Source: a virus
Lineage: Duplodnaviria; Caudoviricetes
Virus record (IMG/VR): IMGVR_UViG_3300035135_001286
Location: 1-24,225 of that record
Reading direction: 5' to 3' (one strand)
Length of the DNA: 24,225 nucleotides
Shown here: positions 8,801-17,548 of the stretch, in pieces
How positions within the stretch are numbered: the stretch's first letter is position 1
How the letters are laid out: the number at the start of each line of letters is the position of its first letter
The notes under the pieces: generated by a model
What the model was told of the DNA's origin: nothing
The model's input: only the letters and a program-made list of their open reading frames with translations
The model's database searches: none
Made by a program: the position numbers and the translations under genes

Positions 8801-11800
8801 GTATTGGATCTACTGCAACTGATATAGCGTTTAATAAAGAAGAATATGTAAAAATTCGTTCTATTGGATCTGCTTCACATACATTTAAGTATCCAGATAT
8901 TCACGTTAGTGTTGATGGTGTAACAGGCCTTGCAAATACTGCATTCTCTTTACCTAGAGTAAGAGCTAAATGTGTTGGTGAAATTACGGCGTGTCCAATA
9001 ACCGCGATTGGATCTGGATATGGTGCAACCGATACTATCAATGTACATAGAAGACCAGATGTAACCATTTCTAATGGTTCTAGAGGTATTATTGAAGTTA
9101 TTGTTGCTGACGGAGAAATTGTTCGTGCATTCGTTAAATCTGGAGGTGGTGGTTATGCAACTCCACCTAGACTGGTAGTTGATGGTGTTGGTAAATATGC
9201 AGAATTAGTAGCTGATGTCACTAATGGTGTTATCACCTCAGTGACAATTGTAAGTTCTGGTAAGGGATACGAACAACAGAGTACTTCAATTAGAGTCGTT
9301 CCAACTGGAAATGGTGCAAAACTTAAGGCCAATGTTTCTAGATGGGATATTAATTTCTTATCTAAATTTAGAGGTGCTATTAGTGAAAATGATGATGGTG
9401 TCATCATTCCAAGTCAAAATGATAATCTTGGATTAAAATATGTTCATGCATATGCATCCAGAAAGTTAAGACTGGTTCTGGGTGATAATATCAATGCAGA
9501 TTTCTCAGAAAAGGCATCTCTTACACACTCTCCTATTTTGGGATGGGCTTATGATGGATCGCCAATTTATGGACCATATGGATTTGGCACTCCCACTGGC
9601 GGGGCCGTTCGTAGAATGGTTTCTGGGTATACACAGGTAAGTAAAGGAAATAGACCTCCAGTTGGTGTTTTCCCAGAAGGAACATTTATTAATGATTTCA
9701 TTTACACTGCTGATGGTGACCTTGATGAATTTAATGGTAGATTCTGTAAAACACCTGAATTTCCCGATGGTGTATATGCATATTTCTGCACTATTCAGGC
9801 CACTAACAGTAGTGCATCACCTTTTGTAAACTCAAGAGAACCTCAATTCCCATTTGTTCTCAATAGTTTCAAATATAGAAGGGAAGATTTTAATGTAGAT
9901 CCTTCTTCTATTCAAACTCTGCCTATTCTGAACAGTGGAGATCTTGTAAGAAACACTTATTATTATAAGTTTGGAGTAGCTAATTCGGATTATGAATATC
10001 TGACTAAAAATCAATTAAATGATACCCAACTCATTGTTAGATCTATAAACAAAACTGGTATTGCAACAGTTAATGTTATCGTTCCAGGCTTAAACTATAA
10101 GGTTGGTGATAAAGTACGATTTAACAATGATCAATCAGGAGGATCTGGTGCCACTGCAAAAGTTGTTACTCTTGTAGGTAAAGGTCTTTCCACATTCTCA
10201 TTTAACAGAAAAGTTGTTCCAGATGTAGCTTTTACTTACACTGATGGTGCCGTAGTTGGTGTTGCATCAACTCCACATGGTTTAACTGATCATGATTTGG
10301 TTGTTGTTGGTGGTATTGGAACAGGTGAACTTAATTTCATCCAAGGTCCTAGATTTGTTGCTATCGCATCTGTCACTGCTAAAGTAGATGAAATCATACC
10401 ACCAGTAGCCACAACTGGTATTATTACTACAATCTCTCTGAATACATCGGGTACTACAGGAGAAATTGTTGTTGATGATACTCTTGGAATTGGAACTGAG
10501 ACAGTAAAAGTTTTGTTTGTGGACAAAACTTTGAACAGATATCGAGTCAAGAGAGAAACTGGATGGGCTACTACTCACCCAGCAGGCACTGTTGCCGCTG
10601 TTGATCAAAGAAAACTTACATATCCTGTTGGGGTTCAAACTAATCTAACAACAAGAGAACCAAGAAAAATTGTATTCAATCCACAAAACTCTGTTGGATT
10701 TGGTACAACATCAGTTGTTAAGAGTGTTGTGGGTGTTGGAACTACAACTGTGGTTAGAGTTATAGCCACAGATGGAACTGTTCTTGCAGATCACCAGTTA
10801 CCTCCTTCAGGTTCTACAGCTGACAATGCAATTACATTTAAGGATCATGGATTCTATACGGGCCAACCGTTGAAGTATAATGTACCAAGTGCTGGACTTG
10901 CACTTACGGTATCTAATTCTGTTAATCTTTCTAATCCTTTCGCTCTGGTTGATTCTCAGAAATTATTTGCTGTTAGAAAGTCTAAAGATCTTCTTGGAAT
11001 TACCACTACCATCGCTGGTATTGGTACAACCACTGGTTCTCTATATTTTGTAAATCTGAGCACTGGGACTGATCATGCTCTTACAAGCATTGAAAAAGAA
11101 TTCAAGGGTCATCTTGAGAGATTTGATGTAACTGTAAAAACATCATCCCCACATACATTAAAATCTTATGATAAAGTCAAAATTGTACTTCAACCAGACA
11201 ATACAAAAAGTGTAAGTGTTGAATATGATACTTTAGCGAGAAAGACTATCTTTGATCCAAAATATGTTGCCGCAGCTACAACAGCCATTGGTGTTGGTGG
11301 AACAGATTCTTTGATTTCCATTACAGATCACGGATATGTTTCTGGTGAAAAAATTCTTTATAAGTCGGGAACAACTCCCATCGCACCTTTGGTTGATAGA
11401 GGTGAATATTTTGTTCAAAAAATCAATGATAATCAGTTTAGATTATCTACAACTTATGTTGATGCAACTAGATTTGGTGGTGGGTTTATTGGATTTACCA
11501 CTATCGGTACTGGTGTGCATAAGATTTCAGCAATCAATCCATCAATCACAGGTACTAGAGGCCAAACTGTAGGATTTGCAGTTTCTGATAATTCTTGTCA
11601 AGATCTTAGACTTGATTTCTTTGAAGATGAGAATTTTGTTACTAAATTTGAAGGTGTTGGTATTTCTACAGAAATTGCACGAAGCGGATCTCCTGGCACT
11701 CCTGGGTCTTTAGTAAATCTTAAATTGACTCTTGGTGTACCAACTCCACTTTATTATAAGTTAGTTCCAACTGATCTTGATTCTATTGATGTTTCTAAGA

Positions 11801-14800
11801 GAGATGCTGAACCAGATGAAACAGTATTCGGTGGATCTAAAATTGTTATTGAGGATAGTGTTTATTCTGGTGACCATAGTGTTATTAGAATTGATGATGA
11901 ACAGTTCAAATATCAAGTTAGTAAACAACCAGAGTCTGATACTTATACAGCCACTTCTGGTATTACCACGTTCTCTTACTTGACCGATTCTAAGAATGCT
12001 CTTGGTGGTGTTAATGAAGTTAAAGTAACAAGTGGTGGTATTGGATATGAAAGAAATCCTGGCATCGCTACATTTGTAACATCAGATGGTCTGAATGCAC
12101 TACTGCGTGTTTACGATGACACTGCTGGCCAGGCCGCTCTATCTGAGGTGATTAAAATTGGATATGAATATCCATCCGATAAATCAATTCAACCTAGTGT
12201 TGATATTCCTGTTGTTGTTACTGTAAGTAATAACTTTAGTCTTTCTACAGTTGGTATTATCACAGCTGGTCGTAATTACATTGTTGAACCTGATTTAGTC
12301 GTTCCACAGAGTGAAGATGTTAAGTTGACAGCAGTTCTTAGTGGAACTTCTATTGGTGAAGTTATCGTTACTAATGTTGGTAGAGGATTTAACGAGGTTC
12401 CTAACCCTCCTAGAATCATTGCTACCAGAAATACAAACGGTATTGGTATTGTTTCTACGAGTTCTAATGGTGATACAAACACACTTCAGATTGTTCAACC
12501 CACGAATGGTTGGTTAGCCGATGGTACTGATTTCCCATTTTCAGTTGGGGAACAGATTTTTGTTGAAGGTGTAGGCACTGCACAAACTGTATTTACCGCA
12601 GGTGGTGGTTATAACTCTGAACAATATGACTATCGACTGTTTGAAGTAAAAACTGTAAATCCAAGTACTTCTAAGATTACATACACTATTGCTGGTATTG
12701 GAACTACTGGTGGTACTTTTGATCCAGATAGTTCTGCTGGTCGTGTTATCCCGCAAAGAGAACTTCCAACCTTTACTGCAATCTTAACTCCAGAACCATT
12801 CTTTGCTGGAGAACAAGTCACCTATGGTGCAAATGGAAAAGCCTTTGTTCTTGAAAACCAGGGTTATAATCCAGTTACGAATACGATTAGACTTAGATCA
12901 CTTACAGCTGCTCTTAAAGAAGGTGATGTAATCAAAGGCCAACTCTCTGGTGCAGAAGGAACTGTAAGAAACGTTTCGCAGTCTGAAGCATTCTTTAAAA
13001 CAGATTATTTTGCAGAAAGACCTAAGGGTTGGCAAAGAGAGACTGGAAAACTTAATAATGATTTCCAAAAAATCGAAGACAGTGATTACTATCAACAGTT
13101 CTCTTATTCGTTAAGAAGTGAAATTCCTTATGAAACTTGGAAACCTGCAGTAGATAGTATTATTCACCCAAGTGGATATAAAAACTTCTCCGATTTCCTT
13201 ATTCCTTCAAATACAATTCCTAGTTCTGGTATTGGTAGAAGTCATAATCTGACCATGAAGGAATCAACTCCTCCTGGTACAGCAACATTAAGTGTACAGA
13301 TCGATTCTGAAAAATCCTTCTATACGAAAGATGATTTTGACTATGGTGGTGAGGAAACTCTTCCAAATGGATTCTCTAAATTTATTACGTTTGTAAACAG
13401 AAAAATTGCTGCGTTTATTAACGTAAAATCCAATAAGGTTCAAATTATTGATAATATTTCTGATCGATTTACTGGAATTGGTACAACTACATCTGCTCTA
13501 ATTGTTGGACTGAGTAGTTTCCCACTTACCACTCAGGGTGGTGCAATTACACTCTTTACTAAAATCTTCGATCCTTCGGCCAAGATTGGTATTGGTGCTT
13601 CCGTAATCACACTGAATAATCACGATTTCCAAACTGGTGAAAGAATTAAGTATGATCCAGGTAATTCGGTTTATGGTGATAACAGAATCTCAATCGTAGG
13701 TACTAATAATGTTTTAGGTGGTATTACAACTAACAAACTACCTGCAGAACTTTTTGCAATTAAATTGAATAATAATCAGTTCTCTGTTGCTGGTCTTGCT
13801 ACTGATGCTGCACAAGGAAATTCTTTAGTATTCAACGGAGTTGGAACAGGAGTCACTCATTCGTTTGATGTTCTGCGCCCAGATGATAGGGTTATTATTC
13901 AAATTGATGGTATTATTCAATCACCACTGTTTAAGAGAAATATTGATATTGCTCTTGATCAGGCCGTTGGAGTTGGAACTACAACAATTTTTGTAACAGG
14001 TATTACATCAATTACCGCCAATGATCTTGTAAACATTGACAATGAAATCATTGAAATTACTGGTGTTGGTGTCGGAAGTACAAATGCACTGAAAGTTAAG
14101 AGAGGTGTTCTTGGTAGTGTTGCTGCTGCACACACTGTTGGTGCTGCTTGCACAATGCGTGGTGGATCATTCCACATTGTTAAAGATGTAATTCACTTTG
14201 TAACTCCTCCATATGGAAAAGTTGGTGTTTCTACCTTCCAACCAGGTATTTCCACCAATAGTACATTTGCAGGTAGAGTCTTTAATAGAAAAGATCCAAC
14301 TACCAACTTCATCTTTGATGATATTTCCGACGACTTTACTGGTGTGGGTAAAACGTTTACCCTCTTACAAGATGGTGCAGATGTATCTGGTATTGTTACT
14401 ACTGTAAATGGTCCTGAGGTTGTTAATAATGGTATTATCTTAATTAACAACATTTTCCAGAGACCTGAAGTTGATTATGATATGACCGAAAGAGCCGATC
14501 CTGGTATTGGTGCTTCTGTCATCTTTACTGGAGATGACAGAGAGAGTCTTCCTAGAGGTGGTATTGTAAATGAAATCACAATTGGTTTTGGTACTAACTA
14601 TCAACCTATTGTTGCTGCTGCAGGAACAGCAATTATCAATGCTGCAGGTGCCATTGAATCTGTTGTAGTTACTGGTGGTGGTTCTGGATACAGACCAGGT
14701 GGCAAGGCCGATGTACAGGTCTTGAATCCTCTTGGAATTGGTTCTACTGCGGTTCTTTCTCTCACAGTTGGTACAGCAGGCACCGTTACAGGAATTACAA

Positions 14801-17520
14801 CGGTAAGTGGTGGTAGTGGATATGCTTCTACTAATCCACCTGCTATTGTTGTTGGATTGGCCAGTGGATATGCAAACATGCAATATTCTGGTGGTTCTGG
14901 TAGTGGATTTGAAGCAACTGTTGTTGTTGGTACTGGAGGTAGTATTGTTGACTTTAGGATTACCAATCCTGGTATTGGATACAAGAACGATGAAGTCTTA
15001 ACTGTAGTTGGTATTCCGACAGGGGAAGGTGGATTCAGTGCCCATACAGTAACTGTTAATTCTATTATTAATGATAAGTTCAACGGTTTCTCCTTCGGTC
15101 AACTTTTTGAACTTGATAGTTTTGCTGATCAGTTTGATGGTGCTCAAACAACCTTCACTCTGACAAGAACTACGGTTACTAAGGACGTTGTTAATATTGG
15201 TAGTAATGATACTAGTGTTGATGTTGGCAACAATCTTCTGGTGTTCTTGAATGACATTCTGCAGGCACCAGGTGAGGCCTATACATTTGGTGGTGGTACT
15301 CAAATTACATTTACTGAACCCCCCAAATCTGGTAGTAAACTCCAAATTCTCTTCTTTAGAGGATCTAATGATGATGTTGATGATGGAAATCCATTCCTGA
15401 CAGTTAAGAGAGGAGATCTTCTTCAGTTACAAGCCTCAGGAAATTACGTTCTTCAAAAACCAAGAAGAATCACTGAAATCGCAGGTGTTCAGAAGGCAGA
15501 AACTAACCTCTATACTGGTGTTGGTATCAACCCAGACAAAACTTTTACAAGAACAGTTTCTTGGACAAAACAGAGATCTGACCTGATTCTTGATAATCAA
15601 CCTCTTCCAAAGAGTCGTGCATCTTTGGCTGCTAAGACTAGACCATTTACTAGAATTACTCAAAGTGTTGGTTTAAGTTCTAATGAAATCTACGTTGAGA
15701 ATGCCTTCCCACTCTTTAGTGCTCTTGACAACAGAGCTACACCAAATGATGTTCCTGGCGAGGGTATTGTTATTCAGAACTTTAACTTAGTGTCTAGAGC
15801 AGATGCTACGGTTCAAGTTTCTTCTGGTGGAACTGTATTTGATCTGACCATTGTTAATGGTGGTTCTGGATATGATGGTATTCCTGTTCCAACTATCTCT
15901 TTTGCGTCTACTTTACCAAGAGTTCAAGAAATTGGTAGAACTTGGACTCGGAGATTCGGTGTAAATCCAAGCACAAATTATGCTGCAATCGCCCGTAGTA
16001 GACAAGGTTTGTTTGTTGCGGTTGGTAACACCAGTGGAATTAATACTTCTGCGGATGGAATCCTCTGGAATAATACATCAAATACAACAACTTTCGGTGA
16101 TCTGAAGGGTGTTGTTGGAATGACAACTCATGTCGTTGTTGTTGGTGCATCTGGTACTTGTGGATTCTCTACAAACAGTGGCGTAACATTCTCCCCATCT
16201 AAGACTCTTAGAAGAAGAAATGTCTTCCCACTGGTGTTCTTTGATGATATTACTGTTACTCAGAATATCAATGCAGTTGAAATGGGTCAAAGTATTGGTG
16301 TTGCAGTTGGTGCCGCAGGAACAATTATGTTCACTGAGGCCGGTCGTGCTGGATTTGGTACTGCATTTGAAGTTACTCAGAAATTCTCCAATGAAAATCT
16401 GAATGGTGTTGGTGCAAATAACAACGTTTTTGTTGTTGTTGGTGATAACGGAACCATCCTGAGATCTCCAAACGGACAAAACTATGTTGGTGTTACTACT
16501 ACCGCAGTATCTACCAAACTTAATGATGTTAAATATGCTGATAACCAGTGGATTGCAGTCGGTGCTGCAGGTTCAATCATTAGATCTACAGATAATGGAC
16601 TTAATTGGTCTGTTGTTTCTGCGGGTGGAACTTTTGAACTGAATGCAGTTGGTTATGCAAACAGTGTTTGGGTTGCAGTTGGTCAGGATGGTGGAGTTAA
16701 GAACTCCAAAGATGGTCAATTCTGGTTCGAGAAGTCTGTTGGGGTTTCTACCGACTTCTTTGGATTGGCCTTTGGTGATGATAAGTTTGTTACCGTTGGT
16801 CTTGACACATCAATTTATAGTTCTTCTTTTGAATTCGTTTCTGCTGCTGGTACTGCAACAGTTTCTGCTGCAGGTACAGTTAGTGCAGTTACACTGACTG
16901 ATGGTGGATTTGGTTATGATGACAGAGCTCCAGTTGAGGTCCTTATCTCTGCGGAACCAGTTACTAAAGAAACTATTACCAGTGTTGAAGCTGAAGGTGA
17001 TTATGGTGATGTAGTTAGTGTTGCAAGTTCTGCTTCTGGTATCAGTACCACAAGTCCAATGTTGATTTTTGAACTTGATTCTGACCCATATCTTGATCAG
17101 GCCGCATTTGGAAACATTGCAAGAACTGGAATTGGTGTTGGTGATCTCTTCGTTCTAAGTCAATCTACCTGGGGTGCGCCCACTACGAGCATCAACCGTA
17201 GTGTTACTAAGATTGCTGGTATTGGATCTACTTTCATTGATAATGTCTATATTGTTCAACAGAGAGAAACTTCTACCAGTGGTATTGTAACGGTATATTG
17301 TAACGTTACCTCTATTGCAGGTATTGGAACAACAGATTACGCCCCAAGAATCGCTAAGTATAGTTGGGGTAGATTATATAATTTCCAAAGGGATAGATTG
17401 AACCCACAATCTTTCACCGCACATACTCTGGATGGTATTGCTGGACTTAACACCAGTGGAAATATTACCAGAATCAAACCGTTGTCTGAGAACTGGAACG
17501 ATCTAGACGAGACAACATAA
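5845..17520 (+). CDS. gp7: Giant baseplate wedge initiator gp7 (3891 aa, multi-domain)
   Basis: Between gp6 and gp8. N-terminal QLPEFV..ENP.FV.FL..YY and KDFYQTKGT....ILF..LFG. Internal YYQQFSYSLRS...IIHPSG. Many repeats and a YHYH-like domain. Confidence 0.88.
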   Translation: MIDTTSQKVQVNQVVFSQLPEFVQEENPLFVDFLETYYQSQEYQGSNIDIVQNFNDYQKVETFSGNENLIGFTTCTSKVTFFDDTINVTSTDGWPEKYGLLKINDEIISYTGKTKTSFTGCLRGFSGVESLNHSSDPEVLVFSESQSSSHKVDTQVINLSNLFLQKFWKNIKGQFLPGFEDRKLINTVDKANFLRQVKDFYQTKGTHEAATILFKVLFGKAVDVIKPIDYLISPSDADWVVTDDVVVELISGDPEKILGQQLRQTGDDFSEASIFNIRPLRKNNKPYYVISLSQSTLKGKFEITGGTQLVNKVSIGASVLTVDSTLGFPEQGSFYVGAGITVGIATYTSRSSTQFFGVTGISSQYSDGQIVRSSNTVYSYEDGDITKPVIFRMTAVANSAKLDGIGFLAENDILRARNLGNYSSAGNQRLNSWIHNVKSISDVSRNFNTNTSNIDIVTNTINTIDAHLLQLDAPVTLLDKSSAIPQNVVGTVNLIISNNAFQMNITSGTIDVNRVYQVQNNSIFAKSNDPKLGVTDYLANIQNTYSDPGEKNVYVTTGSLPAYTIHATRRNKTFNSTDVDGGDNTITINNHGYLTGDVVKYKPTGVGATVLAGLSTNSNYAVTKIDTNTIKLSQSISDASVKRFLDIGQGGTTHEIIPFDLSGKSLQYQNFLRKFPTEITLNDFSRELKNEPIGMFRNGVEIMSNKSGDSIWYGTLANIEVQNGGQNYDVLNPPNINITDSVGSGATAYAIVENGKFENIDILSGGYDLREVPKITITGGNGSGAAAVGRLRKNTTVRTFDADLDVSTGSDRVTFSARHLFENGESVYYQKGKGFAPVGGLVDNSLYYLHVPTEFSVQFMATYDDAVAGINTINLTSRSAGSNTLTATKSRNILDSIVVTNKGSGYSNRRAIVSSAFYPTVDFTTADEIKSGINTANHYIFFKNHGFENGDLVEYNSSGPIDGLSTAQNYRILKLDEDRFRVAAAGIGSTATDIAFNKEEYVKIRSIGSASHTFKYPDIHVSVDGVTGLANTAFSLPRVRAKCVGEITACPITAIGSGYGATDTINVHRRPDVTISNGSRGIIEVIVADGEIVRAFVKSGGGGYATPPRLVVDGVGKYAELVADVTNGVITSVTIVSSGKGYEQQSTSIRVVPTGNGAKLKANVSRWDINFLSKFRGAISENDDGVIIPSQNDNLGLKYVHAYASRKLRLVLGDNINADFSEKASLTHSPILGWAYDGSPIYGPYGFGTPTGGAVRRMVSGYTQVSKGNRPPVGVFPEGTFINDFIYTADGDLDEFNGRFCKTPEFPDGVYAYFCTIQATNSSASPFVNSREPQFPFVLNSFKYRREDFNVDPSSIQTLPILNSGDLVRNTYYYKFGVANSDYEYLTKNQLNDTQLIVRSINKTGIATVNVIVPGLNYKVGDKVRFNNDQSGGSGATAKVVTLVGKGLSTFSFNRKVVPDVAFTYTDGAVVGVASTPHGLTDHDLVVVGGIGTGELNFIQGPRFVAIASVTAKVDEIIPPVATTGIITTISLNTSGTTGEIVVDDTLGIGTETVKVLFVDKTLNRYRVKRETGWATTHPAGTVAAVDQRKLTYPVGVQTNLTTREPRKIVFNPQNSVGFGTTSVVKSVVGVGTTTVVRVIATDGTVLADHQLPPSGSTADNAITFKDHGFYTGQPLKYNVPSAGLALTVSNSVNLSNPFALVDSQKLFAVRKSKDLLGITTTIAGIGTTTGSLYFVNLSTGTDHALTSIEKEFKGHLERFDVTVKTSSPHTLKSYDKVKIVLQPDNTKSVSVEYDTLARKTIFDPKYVAAATTAIGVGGTDSLISITDHGYVSGEKILYKSGTTPIAPLVDRGEYFVQKINDNQFRLSTTYVDATRFGGGFIGFTTIGTGVHKISAINPSITGTRGQTVGFAVSDNSCQDLRLDFFEDENFVTKFEGVGISTEIARSGSPGTPGSLVNLKLTLGVPTPLYYKLVPTDLDSIDVSKRDAEPDETVFGGSKIVIEDSVYSGDHSVIRIDDEQFKYQVSKQPESDTYTATSGITTFSYLTDSKNALGGVNEVKVTSGGIGYERNPGIATFVTSDGLNALLRVYDDTAGQAALSEVIKIGYEYPSDKSIQPSVDIPVVVTVSNNFSLSTVGIITAGRNYIVEPDLVVPQSEDVKLTAVLSGTSIGEVIVTNVGRGFNEVPNPPRIIATRNTNGIGIVSTSSNGDTNTLQIVQPTNGWLADGTDFPFSVGEQIFVEGVGTAQTVFTAGGGYNSEQYDYRLFEVKTVNPSTSKITYTIAGIGTTGGTFDPDSSAGRVIPQRELPTFTAILTPEPFFAGEQVTYGANGKAFVLENQGYNPVTNTIRLRSLTAALKEGDVIKGQLSGAEGTVRNVSQSEAFFKTDYFAERPKGWQRETGKLNNDFQKIEDSDYYQQFSYSLRSEIPYETWKPAVDSIIHPSGYKNFSDFLIPSNTIPSSGIGRSHNLTMKESTPPGTATLSVQIDSEKSFYTKDDFDYGGEETLPNGFSKFITFVNRKIAAFINVKSNKVQIIDNISDRFTGIGTTTSALIVGLSSFPLTTQGGAITLFTKIFDPSAKIGIGASVITLNNHDFQTGERIKYDPGNSVYGDNRISIVGTNNVLGGITTNKLPAELFAIKLNNNQFSVAGLATDAAQGNSLVFNGVGTGVTHSFDVLRPDDRVIIQIDGIIQSPLFKRNIDIALDQAVGVGTTTIFVTGITSITANDLVNIDNEIIEITGVGVGSTNALKVKRGVLGSVAAAHTVGAACTMRGGSFHIVKDVIHFVTPPYGKVGVSTFQPGISTNSTFAGRVFNRKDPTTNFIFDDISDDFTGVGKTFTLLQDGADVSGIVTTVNGPEVVNNGIILINNIFQRPEVDYDMTERADPGIGASVIFTGDDRESLPRGGIVNEITIGFGTNYQPIVAAAGTAIINAAGAIESVVVTGGGSGYRPGGKADVQVLNPLGIGSTAVLSLTVGTAGTVTGITTVSGGSGYASTNPPAIVVGLASGYANMQYSGGSGSGFEATVVVGTGGSIVDFRITNPGIGYKNDEVLTVVGIPTGEGGFSAHTVTVNSIINDKFNGFSFGQLFELDSFADQFDGAQTTFTLTRTTVTKDVVNIGSNDTSVDVGNNLLVFLNDILQAPGEAYTFGGGTQITFTEPPKSGSKLQILFFRGSNDDVDDGNPFLTVKRGDLLQLQASGNYVLQKPRRITEIAGVQKAETNLYTGVGINPDKTFTRTVSWTKQRSDLILDNQPLPKSRASLAAKTRPFTRITQSVGLSSNEIYVENAFPLFSALDNRATPNDVPGEGIVIQNFNLVSRADATVQVSSGGTVFDLTIVNGGSGYDGIPVPTISFASTLPRVQEIGRTWTRRFGVNPSTNYAAIARSRQGLFVAVGNTSGINTSADGILWNNTSNTTTFGDLKGVVGMTTHVVVVGASGTCGFSTNSGVTFSPSKTLRRRNVFPLVFFDDITVTQNINAVEMGQSIGVAVGAAGTIMFTEAGRAGFGTAFEVTQKFSNENLNGVGANNNVFVVVGDNGTILRSPNGQNYVGVTTTAVSTKLNDVKYADNQWIAVGAAGSIIRSTDNGLNWSVVSAGGTFELNAVGYANSVWVAVGQDGGVKNSKDGQFWFEKSVGVSTDFFGLAFGDDKFVTVGLDTSIYSSSFEFVSAAGTATVSAAGTVSAVTLTDGGFGYDDRAPVEVLISAEPVTKETITSVEAEGDYGDVVSVASSASGISTTSPMLIFELDSDPYLDQAAFGNIARTGIGVGDLFVLSQSTWGAPTTSINRSVTKIAGIGSTFIDNVYIVQQRETSTSGIVTVYCNVTSIAGIGTTDYAPRIAKYSWGRLYNFQRDRLNPQSFTAHTLDGIAGLNTSGNITRIKPLSENWNDLDETT

Positions 17521-17523
17521 ATA
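17516..17523 (+). promoter_or_regulatory. Late promoter variant (CATAAATA)
   Basis: NATAAATA overlapping the gp7 stop codon, 25 nt before the gp8 ATG. Confidence 0.7.
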
Positions 17524-17548
17524 AACCTATAGAAAACTCGTAGTAAAA

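Noticed and set aside
15930-16830. Calling the propeller a photosystem II assembly gene (ycf48)
   Set aside because: It is an internal domain of a virion protein, and Asp-box propellers are generic.
5845-17520. Intein, intron or diversity-generating retroelement target explaining gp7 size
   Set aside because: No intein splice or homing-endonuclease motifs recognised, the frame is continuous, and no reverse transcriptase or near-identical TR/VR repeat pair was seen.
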